Shown here piece after piece: positions 27,296 to 37,648 of a stretch of 64,000 nucleotides of DNA. Below the pieces are notes generated by a model that was not told where the DNA came from, did not search any database, and worked only from the letters and a program-made list of their open reading frames with translations. How positions within the stretch are numbered: position 1 is the stretch's first letter; every line of letters starts with the position of its first letter. The translations under genes and the position numbers were made by a program. Source of the DNA: a virus (Duplodnaviria > Caudoviricetes); the IMG/VR virus record IMGVR_UViG_3300008954_000048, positions 1,662 through 65,661 of that record, one strand, 5' to 3'.

Positions 27296-28942
27296 CTATG
27301 ACATTATCAATGTATTATCAGGACCTGGGTCTTCTTCCCCAACATCCTCAATCATGGCGCAGCCTACGGATAATAAATTACACGCTGCTGACGATGCATG
27401 TTCCAATGAAGACCTAACAACCTTGAGTGGATCAATAATACCAGCCTCCAGCATATCAACATACTCACCGGTAGAGGCATCATATCCCTTATTATGATCT
27501 TTTGAGCGGGCCACCTTTTCTAAAACAACCTCAGGTGCACCGCCAGAATTCCGAACAATCTGCATCAGTGGAGCGCTGCATGCCTTACGTACAACATCGA
27601 TTCCTACCTGAACCCCCACGCCGTATTCTTTCTTGTTCATCTTAAGGCTCTCTAGATGACGCGCTGCCCTAACCAATGCAACACCCCCACCGAACAATAA
27701 ACCTTCTTCTACAGCTGCCTGTGTAGCATGTAAGGCATCGTCGACCCGGTCTTTACGTTCCAGTAATTCAACCTCAGTTGCACCACCAACCCTAAGTATC
27801 GCAACTCCACCAGCTAACCTTGCTAGACGCCTAGTAATTGCAGCTTGATCTGGTACTGACAATGTCGGGTCCCTTAATACTTTCCTTAATTCATCGGCAC
27901 GGTGGTCAATTTTCTCTGCATCTCCAGCACAATCGATGAATGTAGTATAGCCCTTTCCAACAATAACTTTACGACATGTACCTAATTGCGTAAGGTCAAT
28001 ATCCTTAATATCATCCTCAGAAGCCATGCTCAATACTTCACACCCTAAAATTATGCCTAAATCTCCTAAGGCACCAACCCTCGACTCACCAAACTCTGGG
28101 GCCCGAATGGCACATATGTTTAATGTACCCTTTACACGGTTAAGCACCATCCCATGAAGAGCCTCGCCATCCACATCATCTGCAACTATTAATATCGAGC
28201 GTTGTGAGCCATGTATCTTTTCGAGTATTGGTAAAATATCATTCAATGATGTAATTTTTCTATTTAGCAAAAGGATATAGGGATTGTCCAATACTGCAGC
28301 CATTTTGTCTTGATCTGTAATAAAATACGGAGAAAGATAACCTCTATTAATCTCTGTTCCTTCAACTACATCAAGTGTTGTCTTAAACCCCTTTGCTTCC
28401 TCAACAGCAATGACACCATCCCTGCCAACTTCTTTCATAGCCCTACATAAAAGCTCACCAATTGTACGATCACCATTGGCAGAAATTGTACCTACCTGAA
28501 TTATTTCCTCATCACTGGTTACTGGTACTGCAATCTGTTTTAAGTACTGTACGACCTCTTCGGTTGCTATGTTTATTCCCCTACAGACCTCCGTTGCAGA
28601 ATATCCAGCTGCTAACATCATTAACCCATCATTAAAAATGGCCTGAGATAGAACTGTCGCTGCGGTTGTACCATCACCCGCTACCTCAGCTGTCCTGCTT
28701 GCAGCTTCCTTTACCATCTGTACACCAAGATTCAAAAACCTGGCCCGTAGGTTTATAGCCTTAGCTACGGTCACACCGTCTTTTGTCAAGTGTGGCACCT
28801 GGCCGGGGCGCTCAATTACAACATTTTGCCCACGTGGGCCCATAGTAATTTTTACCGCATTAGCTAAGACATCAACACCTTCTAGAAGTTGTTCTCTAGA
28901 TTTCGAGCCAAAAACTATCTCCTTATAAGAATCAGTAGTCAT
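27296..28942 (-). CDS. groEL: Chaperonin GroEL
   Basis: TMGPRG, TKDGVTVA, AGDGTT, GGVA, DPLKVVR. Confidence 0.97.
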   Translation of the reverse strand: MTTDSYKEIVFGSKSREQLLEGVDVLANAVKITMGPRGQNVVIERPGQVPHLTKDGVTVAKAINLRARFLNLGVQMVKEAASRTAEVAGDGTTAATVLSQAIFNDGLMMLAAGYSATEVCRGINIATEEVVQYLKQIAVPVTSDEEIIQVGTISANGDRTIGELLCRAMKEVGRDGVIAVEEAKGFKTTLDVVEGTEINRGYLSPYFITDQDKMAAVLDNPYILLLNRKITSLNDILPILEKIHGSQRSILIVADDVDGEALHGMVLNRVKGTLNICAIRAPEFGESRVGALGDLGIILGCEVLSMASEDDIKDIDLTQLGTCRKVIVGKGYTTFIDCAGDAEKIDHRADELRKVLRDPTLSVPDQAAITRRLARLAGGVAILRVGGATEVELLERKDRVDDALHATQAAVEEGLLFGGGVALVRAARHLESLKMNKKEYGVGVQVGIDVVRKACSAPLMQIVRNSGGAPEVVLEKVARSKDHNKGYDASTGEYVDMLEAGIIDPLKVVRSSLEHASSAACNLLSVGCAMIEDVGEEDPGPDNTLIMS

Positions 28943-29175
28943 TAATCCCTCAGTAATTTTCGATTTGATTCTAACATAAGAGTATTAGTGTTTAGGATTC
29001 TTCTCTCCTTAGTTAACACATTCTCTGCTAAGATTACATCACCAACAATTATTGCAACCTCCTGCTCTGTAATCAAACCAGATTGTCTCAATTTTTCCAT
29101 ATCATTATTGGTAACAGGTTTTTCAGACATACTATACCTCCTAAAAGCTTATGCATTACAGCAAATAATACTATA

Positions 29176-30000
29176 CTAATCTTCTCTTGTAATATAATAG
29201 CTAGCTGAACGATCGAATGTCGTAACAAACTTTGACCACGACTTTGCATTCGTAATTGAGAAAAATTGCATATCGTTAAATTTTGCCTTAATAGTTTTCC
29301 AGTTGACGTCCGGACTAGAACGCTCAAAATCTGGCTCTTCATTCTTTAGATCATGAAACCGAATAAGGCTACAGTTAACTTCAAACTTCTCTTTATGTCC
29401 CGGGGCTTTTTTCAAAAACTCTTTTAATAGCTTCGGTGAGTCGACTAATTTTTTGGCGCGCTTATTTCCAATCCCCTCAAATCCCTGAATATTATCAGAT
29501 GCATCTCCACGAAGAGCCTTATAAGAAACATAGTCAAACTCTACTTTGGGAATGATCATTTTTCTAACAGGATTATAGATCTCAACATTATTACATGTAT
29601 TATGCAATTGATAAAAATCAGAATCTGAAGAAATTATGACACATTCATCTTGGCTATGTGTATGCTGCACTAAGTGAGCTAATACATCATCGCACTCATA
29701 GTCTGGATGGCGGACAGACGTTATTGGAAAATTCTCTTTCATTAACCGAATGATCATTCTCTTTTGCTCATGAAAGTTGTTATTATCTGCGCGGACCCGG
29801 GTTCCCTTATATTCAGGTAATAACTCCATTCTACGTCGAGGATATCCTTCTAGAACAAAATAAATCTTATGAGGTTCAAACTTCTCTACTAAAACCCGTA
29901 AACTACGAAAAAAACTATAAACCGTACCATGTTTTCCTTTATTGAATCCATGATGGGCTCTATGAATAAGGTTATATGCATCTAACAGTAGTACTTTCAT
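29176..30000 (-). CDS. 5'-3' exonuclease / phage RNase H (flap endonuclease)
   Basis: LLDAYN, YKGTR, YECDD, SSDSDF, GDASDNI.G..GIG.K.A. Confidence 0.9.
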   Translation of the reverse strand: MKVLLLDAYNLIHRAHHGFNKGKHGTVYSFFRSLRVLVEKFEPHKIYFVLEGYPRRRMELLPEYKGTRVRADNNNFHEQKRMIIRLMKENFPITSVRHPDYECDDVLAHLVQHTHSQDECVIISSDSDFYQLHNTCNNVEIYNPVRKMIIPKVEFDYVSYKALRGDASDNIQGFEGIGNKRAKKLVDSPKLLKEFLKKAPGHKEKFEVNCSLIRFHDLKNEEPDFERSSPDVNWKTIKAKFNDMQFFSITNAKSWSKFVTTFDRSASYYITRED

Positions 30001-30425
30001 AGGGTGTCTCCTGCAATACCATCAGGCAACCTTACGTTTGCAATCTGGCCATCGTCTAAAGTTATCTTCATTGATTCACCATTTTCCTGATTTTTGCTGG
30101 CATCTAATATTGGGGGTGTATCCTCTGAGTGCTCGTACTTGAATCTCTTTTGCGCTACGGCCACTGCCTTTTGAGTCATATCAAGTATCGTTGATTTTGC
30201 ATTCGTTAGCATTGCATCCCGAACATCCTCAATTGATGTGTACACAGCACCATCTAAACCAGAAAGTTCGAATGTCTTATCACCATCTTTAGTGGGAACA
30301 TTAACAGAATACTGGATCTCTTCGCCCTGTAAAGAACGACGAACCACTTGTTCTATTACTTGTACTGGAATAATTTGTGGGCGCTTATTTAGCACCACAA
30401 ATAGTATTTGGCCAACTTCATACAT
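29997..30425 (-). CDS. Hypothetical protein
   Basis: MYEVGQILFV SH3-like start. Confidence 0.6.
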   Translation of the reverse strand: MYEVGQILFVVLNKRPQIIPVQVIEQVVRRSLQGEEIQYSVNVPTKDGDKTFELSGLDGAVYTSIEDVRDAMLTNAKSTILDMTQKAVAVAQKRFKYEHSEDTPPILDASKNQENGESMKITLDDGQIANVRLPDGIAGDTL

Positions 30426-30513
30426 AAAAACACCTTCCCTATGTGTACGCTACATATAATCATACCACGTACGAGGAAGGTGTTTCAGCTTAAAAACAGC
30501 TTATAGGAACTTT

Positions 30514-30921
30514 CTACATGAATCCTGGGCCGCCGAAGCCTTTTTTGCCGCCGGGGCCACGTGCAGCTGCACGATTGGGATTATTGCTACGGGGACGGAA
30601 TGCATCACTTGCAAACCCCATGACTGCGCTAACGCTGCGGCTCTTTTGAGCATTTTGAAGCTGCGCAGCATCACGTGAGGCCATAACCTCATCGATAACC
30701 TGGCCAACCTCTTTGCGAATGATTTGACGAAGCTTGGCTTCCTCTACGGTGTCAGAATCCTCTGTCTCACCATCTTCTGCTTCAGCATCTGCGGTTGCAT
30801 CATCTTCTGCTTCAAAAACCTGGCTACGATTAATGCTTTCATTCAAAGCGTTGTCTCTATATTCATCTCGAGAAATCAATCCTGAGAGTCTTGCTATTCT
30901 ATCCGTATTCCAATTCATCAT
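30514..30921 (-). CDS. Putative virion internal protein (two tag types)
   Basis: DRIARLSGLI; ALNES; EEAKLRQIIRKEV; acidic linker. Confidence 0.6.
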   Translation of the reverse strand: MMNWNTDRIARLSGLISRDEYRDNALNESINRSQVFEAEDDATADAEAEDGETEDSDTVEEAKLRQIIRKEVGQVIDEVMASRDAAQLQNAQKSRSVSAVMGFASDAFRPRSNNPNRAAARGPGGKKGFGGPGFM

Positions 30922-30956
30922 TATGCTCCTATGACCGTGGCATCCACAAATCATAA

Positions 30957-31706
30957 TTATGGTGCTACAGGGGAAACTTCTTTGGTGATGCACTCATCAG
31001 AATCAAAAAGTGATAATTGAGCCCCACCAAGGCCTTCAAGCTCAAAAGAAAATCGGGGTGGTGTAGTTTCCCAATATTCCAACTTTTGCTTTATTTCTTC
31101 ACGTTGGGCCTGTGTAGTAGCAGCCAACAGTTTAAGGTTTAGCTTATCAATGTGTTTTTCGTTTAGATTTATTGCGGTGCCCATAAGCATATTGCATTTC
31201 TTCATGCCTTCATGCTTTTTCATAGCGACCTTGCCACGGGAGCCATTTGCAACTGGACGAAAATCATCAGTAGTAAGGCCGATGAAATGTAACACAGCAA
31301 ACTTCTCAAAATCATGATCCGCAATAAGGTACAGGTAATCTAGGCTGCCCTTTTGTTCTAGGGTCCTAAAGTCTGTCTGAAAGCTAATTGCTCCTCCTTT
31401 ATGGCGAGAAGTTAGCTTACACTCAAGCTCCTTATTAAGGGAGCCAATAATAATATCTGGTTGCCCTGTTTTGCCATCTGCGGATACACCAGCATATGCA
31501 GTAGAAAGAACCTGTGAAAAGAATTCTTCCTGAGCTTGGGACATTACGATATTTCTTCGCCCCAGATTATCTAGCAAATCCATACCGTGCTTATTGTATA
31601 ACCCTACAACATCGGTATGAAACTGTTTCATCTTTCCGACTGCCTGTTGGGCCATTTCTCTAGTAATGTAATTCATTGCAATACTCCTAATATTGTTGTA
31701 TAGCAA
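30957..31706 (-). CDS. PD-(D/E)XK restriction-endonuclease-like protein
   Basis: QEE...PDIIIG...ELECK. Confidence 0.6.
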   Translation of the reverse strand: MLYNNIRSIAMNYITREMAQQAVGKMKQFHTDVVGLYNKHGMDLLDNLGRRNIVMSQAQEEFFSQVLSTAYAGVSADGKTGQPDIIIGSLNKELECKLTSRHKGGAISFQTDFRTLEQKGSLDYLYLIADHDFEKFAVLHFIGLTTDDFRPVANGSRGKVAMKKHEGMKKCNMLMGTAINLNEKHIDKLNLKLLAATTQAQREEIKQKLEYWETTPPRFSFELEGLGGAQLSLFDSDECITKEVSPVAP

Positions 31707-31735
31707 TTATACCCCATTCGATGCAAATTTACACG
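31706..31735 (-). promoter_or_regulatory. Class I promoter GTGTAA-N17-TATAAT
   Basis: 17-bp spacer; implies the nuclease starts at the later MNYIT ATG. Confidence 0.7.
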
Positions 31736-31741
31736 TTTTTA

Positions 31742-32152
31742 TTAGCTATTATCTGTATCCAGGGCATCTAGTGCATCCAAGGCATCTACATCATCATCAG
31801 TTACCTTAACACGTATGTTGCTTGTAATTTTAGAGCCCTTAACAGCAGCTGTCCTTAGGGACTCAAGGCCCAAAGCAAACCTGACATTATCATATTCCAT
31901 ATGGGATAACTTTTGTTTTAGTATATTCATATTGGCATACTGATGTAGGTCTAATTGTGTTACCGGTAGCTCTTCACCATCAAGGCCGGGCTCAAACTCT
32001 CCGGTCTCCCTAGACTCAAACATAAAAAGCATATTAGGCATATGCTCGCCAAGTGGTACCTGAATAAATGGTATGTGAGAACTAATTCCTTCACCACTAT
32101 CTTCATACATTATCTCTGGAATCCAGGGCGTTTTTACTTTATTATCAGACAT
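31742..32152 (-). CDS. Hypothetical protein
   Basis: RBS GAGG; C-terminal DALDALDALD repeat. Confidence 0.6.
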   Translation of the reverse strand: MSDNKVKTPWIPEIMYEDSGEGISSHIPFIQVPLGEHMPNMLFMFESRETGEFEPGLDGEELPVTQLDLHQYANMNILKQKLSHMEYDNVRFALGLESLRTAAVKGSKITSNIRVKVTDDDVDALDALDALDTDNS

Positions 32153-32240
32153 ATATTACCTCTCCATTTGATAAATACAGTATTGCATAACATGTGGAAA
32201 TGTATCAATATCATGCAATATGTAAAAAGTCAACAATGGG

Positions 32241-33512
32241 TTAATTCTTTATTTCTTTAACTGCATTTTTAACTGCATCAATCAATTGCTGGCCAGCTGG
32301 GGATGCTGATATCATGTCCCAATCATCTTCTGGGGGTACATCTTCCATTACCACTTTTAGTGCTGCATCGGCCATCTGTTTGACACCTTCGAAGATCTTT
32401 TTCTGTAGTGGCGTTTTTGATTGCATAAAGACAATTTGTTCCACATGTTTAATAAGCTCTTCTTCATTTACTTCCTCCGGAAGTTCAGGTGACTCACCGT
32501 CTTCTCCTTTTGGAATTTTCTTTCCCTTAGCTTCTAAAACCGCAAGGGCCATAGCATTCTTTGTATCCGGATCTTTAAGCATCTTATCAACATTAGCCTG
32601 AAGCTCTTTGCCTAAAGCAGCAATGCCACCACCACCAATATCTAAACCACTAGAGTTTGCCTTATCTATTGCAGCCTTAAATGCCGGCGCATCCTCAGCC
32701 CTATACAGGCCATCCAGTATTGCAAACTTTGCCCGGGCATCATTCATAGTATCTTCGATAATCTCTATCTTTGCCTTGACAAGATTCATAGCATCTGACT
32801 CTATTTTGTCCAGGATCCCTAGCTCATCTAAGTAACCTTCCATACCTGTCTCTAAATCGCCACCCTTGGACTCTTTATCTTCCTCAGCCTCAAGCAGTAC
32901 TGCTCCATCCGGGGCATGGTGTGCAATGAAGAAAAGTTTTGCCAATGCTTTTAGTGTGCCTCCTATTACCCCCGGGTCGTCAGGCTCTTTATCTGGTTCA
33001 TTACCACCAACAAGTGCACTTGCCATTGTCATATCAAACCCAGCATCTTGAAGATACTCAACTGCAGCTGGTGTATTTGATATCCCTTTTGCCACCAAGC
33101 CAGCACCTAAAAATCCAGCTGGGTTTAGCATAAATCCTACCAACGCAGTATCACCACTTTCCAAGGCTTTATTAATGGGCTCCATTACCTTAGAATATTC
33201 TTGATCAATTTTATTCTTGCGCTGGCCCCAGGCAGCATGTTGCTTCTCCATTTTATCAGGATCAAATGTAGTTAATAGTTCAAGATTTAAGACCACAGAG
33301 CTTGTAATATCCTTTACAGCAACCTTAGCAACCTTAAAAACATTTGCAAATGGTGCAACCCAAGTATCATAAGCCTCTTCAGGTGACATCCAGCTAGGGC
33401 CGCCCCATTCAAAAAGCATTGACTTAGATCGGTACTGGCGATCTTCTCTTATTATATTCCGAACCCACCTACGTACCTGTTCTTCATTTTGTCTCTTAAC
33501 GGTTTTATTCAT
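32241..33512 (-). CDS. Putative virion internal protein (tagged)
   Basis: QNEEQVRRWVRNIIRED..SMLFE; acidic and helical. Confidence 0.65.
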   Translation of the reverse strand: MNKTVKRQNEEQVRRWVRNIIREDRQYRSKSMLFEWGGPSWMSPEEAYDTWVAPFANVFKVAKVAVKDITSSVVLNLELLTTFDPDKMEKQHAAWGQRKNKIDQEYSKVMEPINKALESGDTALVGFMLNPAGFLGAGLVAKGISNTPAAVEYLQDAGFDMTMASALVGGNEPDKEPDDPGVIGGTLKALAKLFFIAHHAPDGAVLLEAEEDKESKGGDLETGMEGYLDELGILDKIESDAMNLVKAKIEIIEDTMNDARAKFAILDGLYRAEDAPAFKAAIDKANSSGLDIGGGGIAALGKELQANVDKMLKDPDTKNAMALAVLEAKGKKIPKGEDGESPELPEEVNEEELIKHVEQIVFMQSKTPLQKKIFEGVKQMADAALKVVMEDVPPEDDWDMISASPAGQQLIDAVKNAVKEIKN

Positions 33513-33747
33513 ATTCTGGTAACCTCAACCTTATGCCTGTCATATCTTCATAAATATCAATTACGACCTGCTCAAAATCATTCAATGACTGTTTTTTTGT
33601 CTTTGGGTCTCGTGTTGAAAAGTTTTTCCTCATTTTAGAAGGTATGGACAACAATAAGTATTTCTTAACTGGCATCCAATCCTTTTCTTTCGAGCCAGAA
33701 CCGGCAATAAGTGCTAGTTCATCGATTATTTTTTTAGGAATATCCAT
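33505..33747 (-). CDS. Hypothetical protein
   Basis: ORF overlapping downstream start. Confidence 0.55.
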   Translation of the reverse strand: MDIPKKIIDELALIAGSGSKEKDWMPVKKYLLLSIPSKMRKNFSTRDPKTKKQSLNDFEQVVIDIYEDMTGIRLRLPEYE

Positions 33748-33832
33748 TACACCCTTTTCGTGTACAATAATAACCTATAGATATTTACCTGTAACGGCGA
33801 TATTTATAGATTGAAATGGAACGAGGTTACAA

Positions 33833-34450
33833 ATGAAAATCGGTTTAGTCCCAGTATCAGCAAAGCCATACCATGCAGGCCATCATGCCCTAGTATCAAT
33901 GGCTGCAGGAGAAAATGACAAAGTTATTCTATTTGTCTCCACGTCTGATAGAAAGCGTAAAGGTCAGTTTCCTATTTTGGGTGCTGACATGGTCAAGGTC
34001 TGGCAAGAAGAACTTGAAGGTATCATGCCACCCAATGTTGAAATTGAGTACGGGGGCTCACCGGTCAGAAAAGTATGGGATGCATTAGGGACTGCTAGCG
34101 AAGATCTGGATAACCAGGACACATATGTTGTCTATTCTGATCCCGTCGATACAGCACAAAACTATCCTGAAGCTAGCCTTGAAAAATATTGTAACGACCT
34201 AAGGGCATCAGGACAGTGTGTACTTGCGGCAGAAGAAAATCCGGGAGCATTTACTCGTGGAGAAGGAACACCTAACATTAGCGGTACTGCAGTTAGGGAA
34301 ATGTTGGAAGCAGGAGACTTTCAAGGATTTGCAGCAGCAATGCCCGCGGGGGTAAACAGTCAAAATATTTTTAATATTCTTACCCAAAAAACTTCTCAAA
34401 ATGAATCCTTACTACGTAGCCTTATAAGGGAAACAATTCTATCTGGTTGA
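33833..34450 (+). CDS. HIGH-superfamily nucleotidyltransferase (cytidylyltransferase-like) with C-terminal tag
   Basis: KPYHAGH, ISGTAVRE; C-terminus QNESLLRSLIRETILSG. Confidence 0.85.
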   Translation: MKIGLVPVSAKPYHAGHHALVSMAAGENDKVILFVSTSDRKRKGQFPILGADMVKVWQEELEGIMPPNVEIEYGGSPVRKVWDALGTASEDLDNQDTYVVYSDPVDTAQNYPEASLEKYCNDLRASGQCVLAAEENPGAFTRGEGTPNISGTAVREMLEAGDFQGFAAAMPAGVNSQNIFNILTQKTSQNESLLRSLIRETILSG

Positions 34451-34553
34451 GAATCAGAGAAGAGCAGAATCCAAGATTATACGTAAACCGCTATAAGAAG
34501 TTAACAGAAAAACTTTTTAACTGGTATAGGTATTTTATGGAGGCTGTAATCTT

Positions 34554-35159
34554 TTGCCGAAAATCTGTGCCAACGCTGCACTCTTACTCCTGGCCCTTTT
34601 AGCAGGATGCGTTGCCCATGTACAAGACACTAGCCCCGATGATGATGACGATGATACACCTGCTTTAATTACCTGGACAGATTGCGGTGGCAATCCTGGT
34701 GATAAAGCATGTGATTTTACGTTTACAGATCAACATGAAAATGAGTGGAGACTTTATGACCATTACGGTACAGTAATGGTATTGGATTTTTCTACGATGT
34801 GGTGTGGGGTTTGTCAAAATATTGCCCCGCTAGCGCAACCACACCAAGATGATTATACATCAGCAGGCCATGATTTCTTATGGGTTACGGTATTAGTTGA
34901 TGAAATGACATGGGGGGAGCCTCCTAGTCTACAAGATATTCAAGACTGGGCTGATATCAATGGAATGTCAACTTCCCCTGTTTTAGCCGGTGACCGAACA
35001 ATTATTGATACTACCGCGGTGGATGGATATCCCATCTCATCCTGGCCGACGCTTATTGTTGTCGATGAAACCCTAACAATTCATAATGGACTTCGCGGAT
35101 GGAACGAATCAACGGTTCTTCGATGGGTCGACGAGGTGCTGGGCATCTCCGAAAACTAG
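34554..35159 (+). CDS. TlpA-like thioredoxin lipoprotein
   Basis: Lipobox LAGC, poly-Asp linker, DFSTMWCGVC, cis-Pro SWPT. Confidence 0.85.
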   Translation: MPKICANAALLLLALLAGCVAHVQDTSPDDDDDDTPALITWTDCGGNPGDKACDFTFTDQHENEWRLYDHYGTVMVLDFSTMWCGVCQNIAPLAQPHQDDYTSAGHDFLWVTVLVDEMTWGEPPSLQDIQDWADINGMSTSPVLAGDRTIIDTTAVDGYPISSWPTLIVVDETLTIHNGLRGWNESTVLRWVDEVLGISEN

Positions 35160-36163
35160 TCTTAACACCACTTTTATTACTTTGGGTGGGGGTATCAGCG
35201 TGTACCCAAGACTATGCGATCCATGCACCAGTAGAATATGTCGAGGTCATTGTAGAGGTTGAAGTACCGGTAGAAACCGAAGTTGAAGTTGACGTGCCCG
35301 CGGGGGATGTCTGGGTCGATCATTTTTTCCAACCTACCTCTGTTAATGGCGTTGATGTTTTATGGGTTATTGATACATCTGGTTCTATGAATAGTTTTCA
35401 AGATGAACTGTTGGCAGGGATTGAAGCAATGCTGAATAATCTTCCACCCTCTGGGTGGAGATTAAATATGATCTCTAATTCGCCAGATAAAGCAACCATT
35501 GATCAACAATTTCCCCTCGTTCCTGGGGACGGATTCGTTGAAGCCGAGGCTATGTATAATGCCATGTCTATAGGACATCAGGAGGAAGGGTTTGATGCAA
35601 CATATGAATATATTATAAACAACCCCTACGCCTCTACATGGATGCGACATGATGCTGCACTATTGGTTGTGTTGGTATCTGATGAGGAAGATCAAAGTAA
35701 CTTTCATTTTCCGGTTGTTGACGATTTTGTTTGGTGGTATGGTAGCCTAAGATCTTCGGTATTTCTTGCATCAATAATCCACCTTGACCCAAGTATGTCG
35801 CTATGTAACTCATCAACACATAATGCTGGATACCGGTATGAAGATGCCACAACACAATTTTCTGGCACTGTCGTTGATATTTGTGCAGCTGATTGGGCAC
35901 CAGGTGTTGCAGATGCATCAAATCAAGTTGAACCATTTGAAGAATGGGAACTTACATGGATACCATTAGTAGACAGCATCGTAGTATTTATTGATGGAGT
36001 GCCAGACCCTGAATGGACTTACGATGCCGCAACAAACTCAGTGTTGTTTACGGTCATTCCTCCCGGGGGTTCCTTGGTCGAAATAGGTTATATCATCGAT
36101 CCAAGCTTTGTAGATACTGGTGATACTGGTGATGATGATGACTCTGGGGATACTGGCAGCTAG
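35099..36163 (+). CDS. VWA-domain lipoprotein (myxobacterial type)
   Basis: VSAC lipobox, MIDAS DTSGS, VSDEEDQS, DTGDDDDS tail. Confidence 0.8.
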   Translation: MERINGSSMGRRGAGHLRKLVLTPLLLLWVGVSACTQDYAIHAPVEYVEVIVEVEVPVETEVEVDVPAGDVWVDHFFQPTSVNGVDVLWVIDTSGSMNSFQDELLAGIEAMLNNLPPSGWRLNMISNSPDKATIDQQFPLVPGDGFVEAEAMYNAMSIGHQEEGFDATYEYIINNPYASTWMRHDAALLVVLVSDEEDQSNFHFPVVDDFVWWYGSLRSSVFLASIIHLDPSMSLCNSSTHNAGYRYEDATTQFSGTVVDICAADWAPGVADASNQVEPFEEWELTWIPLVDSIVVFIDGVPDPEWTYDAATNSVLFTVIPPGGSLVEIGYIIDPSFVDTGDTGDDDDSGDTGS

Positions 36164-36996
36164 TTTTGGCTAGCCCATTCTTCTTCGTCATAAGGATCAT
36201 GAGTACGAATTGTGCCACGATATCTTGTTGTGATGGGTGCTAGCTCTGACGTTACTATATCATTTTCCACATCATACACATATTCTATTGGGATGAAGTC
36301 AAAATGACCGCCATCCTGACTATCGTCATTCCAGTTGTCATTAAAGTTATTATAGAAATCTTGAACTGCAAACCAGTCACGAGTAACTAAGATATTCTCG
36401 AAATTGGTTTGAGCATTTGAACTAAAGTTAAATGAACCTGTAAAAACAGATCCGGTGCCATCTTCTCTATACTCAACGATATATTTGTTGTGGTGGATTG
36501 TACTACCCTTATATGCATAGCTTATTTCACCACTACCATTATATTCTAGCTCAACCTTTCCATTGCGCGGTGGATCGTTTGGACACTTACCTGGCTTACA
36601 GTCGCATATTACAAGTTCATAACTACCATCTTCATTGAGCTGTGGTACTTTATCTTGTTTCGTTGGAACCCCTGCATCCTGTAAGAGGCGCACTATCATT
36701 TTGGCCTGGGCACTACTACGGTTATTATCAATGATAACCCTTACAGTACAACCCCTATTAACATGTGCATTAATCAGCGCCTGAGCTAATCTTCTAACTG
36801 TGAAAGCATATGCAGCCAATAAAATTGTTGATCCATCAGGGCACCTATCAACAAATCCGATTGCATGATTAATTGCTGGGGTATCTTGTCTAGAAAAATG
36901 ACACCATGTGTTTCGATCAGGTTCTGGACATGGTTCAGGTTCTGGACACCTGGACATAACATACCGTTGCCACCAGGTTGCTCTTCGTTTCCCCAT
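36160..36996 (-). CDS. Phospholipase D-family (Nuc-like) single-HKD protein
   Basis: AAYAFT, HHNKYIVE, TGSFNFS, NFENI. Confidence 0.85.
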   Translation of the reverse strand: MGKRRATWWQRYVMSRCPEPEPCPEPDRNTWCHFSRQDTPAINHAIGFVDRCPDGSTILLAAYAFTVRRLAQALINAHVNRGCTVRVIIDNNRSSAQAKMIVRLLQDAGVPTKQDKVPQLNEDGSYELVICDCKPGKCPNDPPRNGKVELEYNGSGEISYAYKGSTIHHNKYIVEYREDGTGSVFTGSFNFSSNAQTNFENILVTRDWFAVQDFYNNFNDNWNDDSQDGGHFDFIPIEYVYDVENDIVTSELAPITTRYRGTIRTHDPYDEEEWASQN

Positions 36997-37339
36997 TATC
37001 TTGGCCCATCGATTTTGAAGTTTTTAAGAATGTGACGAAGTATCAAAGCAGCTACAACCAGCATGCCGACAGATGCACCAACAAATATTGCTAGTTCCAT
37101 TATTTATACCTCTTTCCATCTGCTGCAGTATGGTATCCACCATGACCTTTTTTCAATACACAAATATTATATTCTCTGTCTTTGGAGTATTTAGCAGTTA
37201 GACTCATTGATTCTTTACATTGATCTAAACAGTGTGCACATTGTTGTTCACTCTTAGGAATAAAAGAAAGTACAGTTATTAGTAAGCCACCAACTATCAT
37301 GGCTGTTATTGCTACCCATATAACTGACATACAATTCTC

Positions 37340-37633
37340 CTATACCGACATTGTATCGATGATGTTCCTGCGTTGGTACATCATGGTGTGGAAGGCCCTT
37401 AGTACTTTCTTTGATATTGCTATCACTGCCTTCTCATGTTCCTTACCCTTGAACTCACCTTTGATAGCTTCACTGACTATCTTTTCCACTTCCTTCTTGA
37501 AGCCGGGAGCTCTTAGCTGTTTATCAAATTGCTTACGAGCAATCTTCTCAATTTCTTTCTTATCAGTCTTTGTAAGCTCCTCGGTAAGGAGGGATTCAAT
37601 ATATCTTCTAAGAAGTTTTTTATTGCCTAACAT
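37340..37633 (-). CDS. Putative virion internal protein (tagged)
   Basis: KKLLRRYIESLLTEE. Confidence 0.6.
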   Translation of the reverse strand: MLGNKKLLRRYIESLLTEELTKTDKKEIEKIARKQFDKQLRAPGFKKEVEKIVSEAIKGEFKGKEHEKAVIAISKKVLRAFHTMMYQRRNIIDTMSV

Positions 37634-37648
37634 TTGTGATATATCCTT

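Noticed and set aside
36917-36957. Short tandem repeat CAGGTTCTGGACA
   Set aside because: Simply encodes the CPEPEPCPEP linker; similar coding repeats occur at about 31760 (DAL) and 48790 (EEGEEA).
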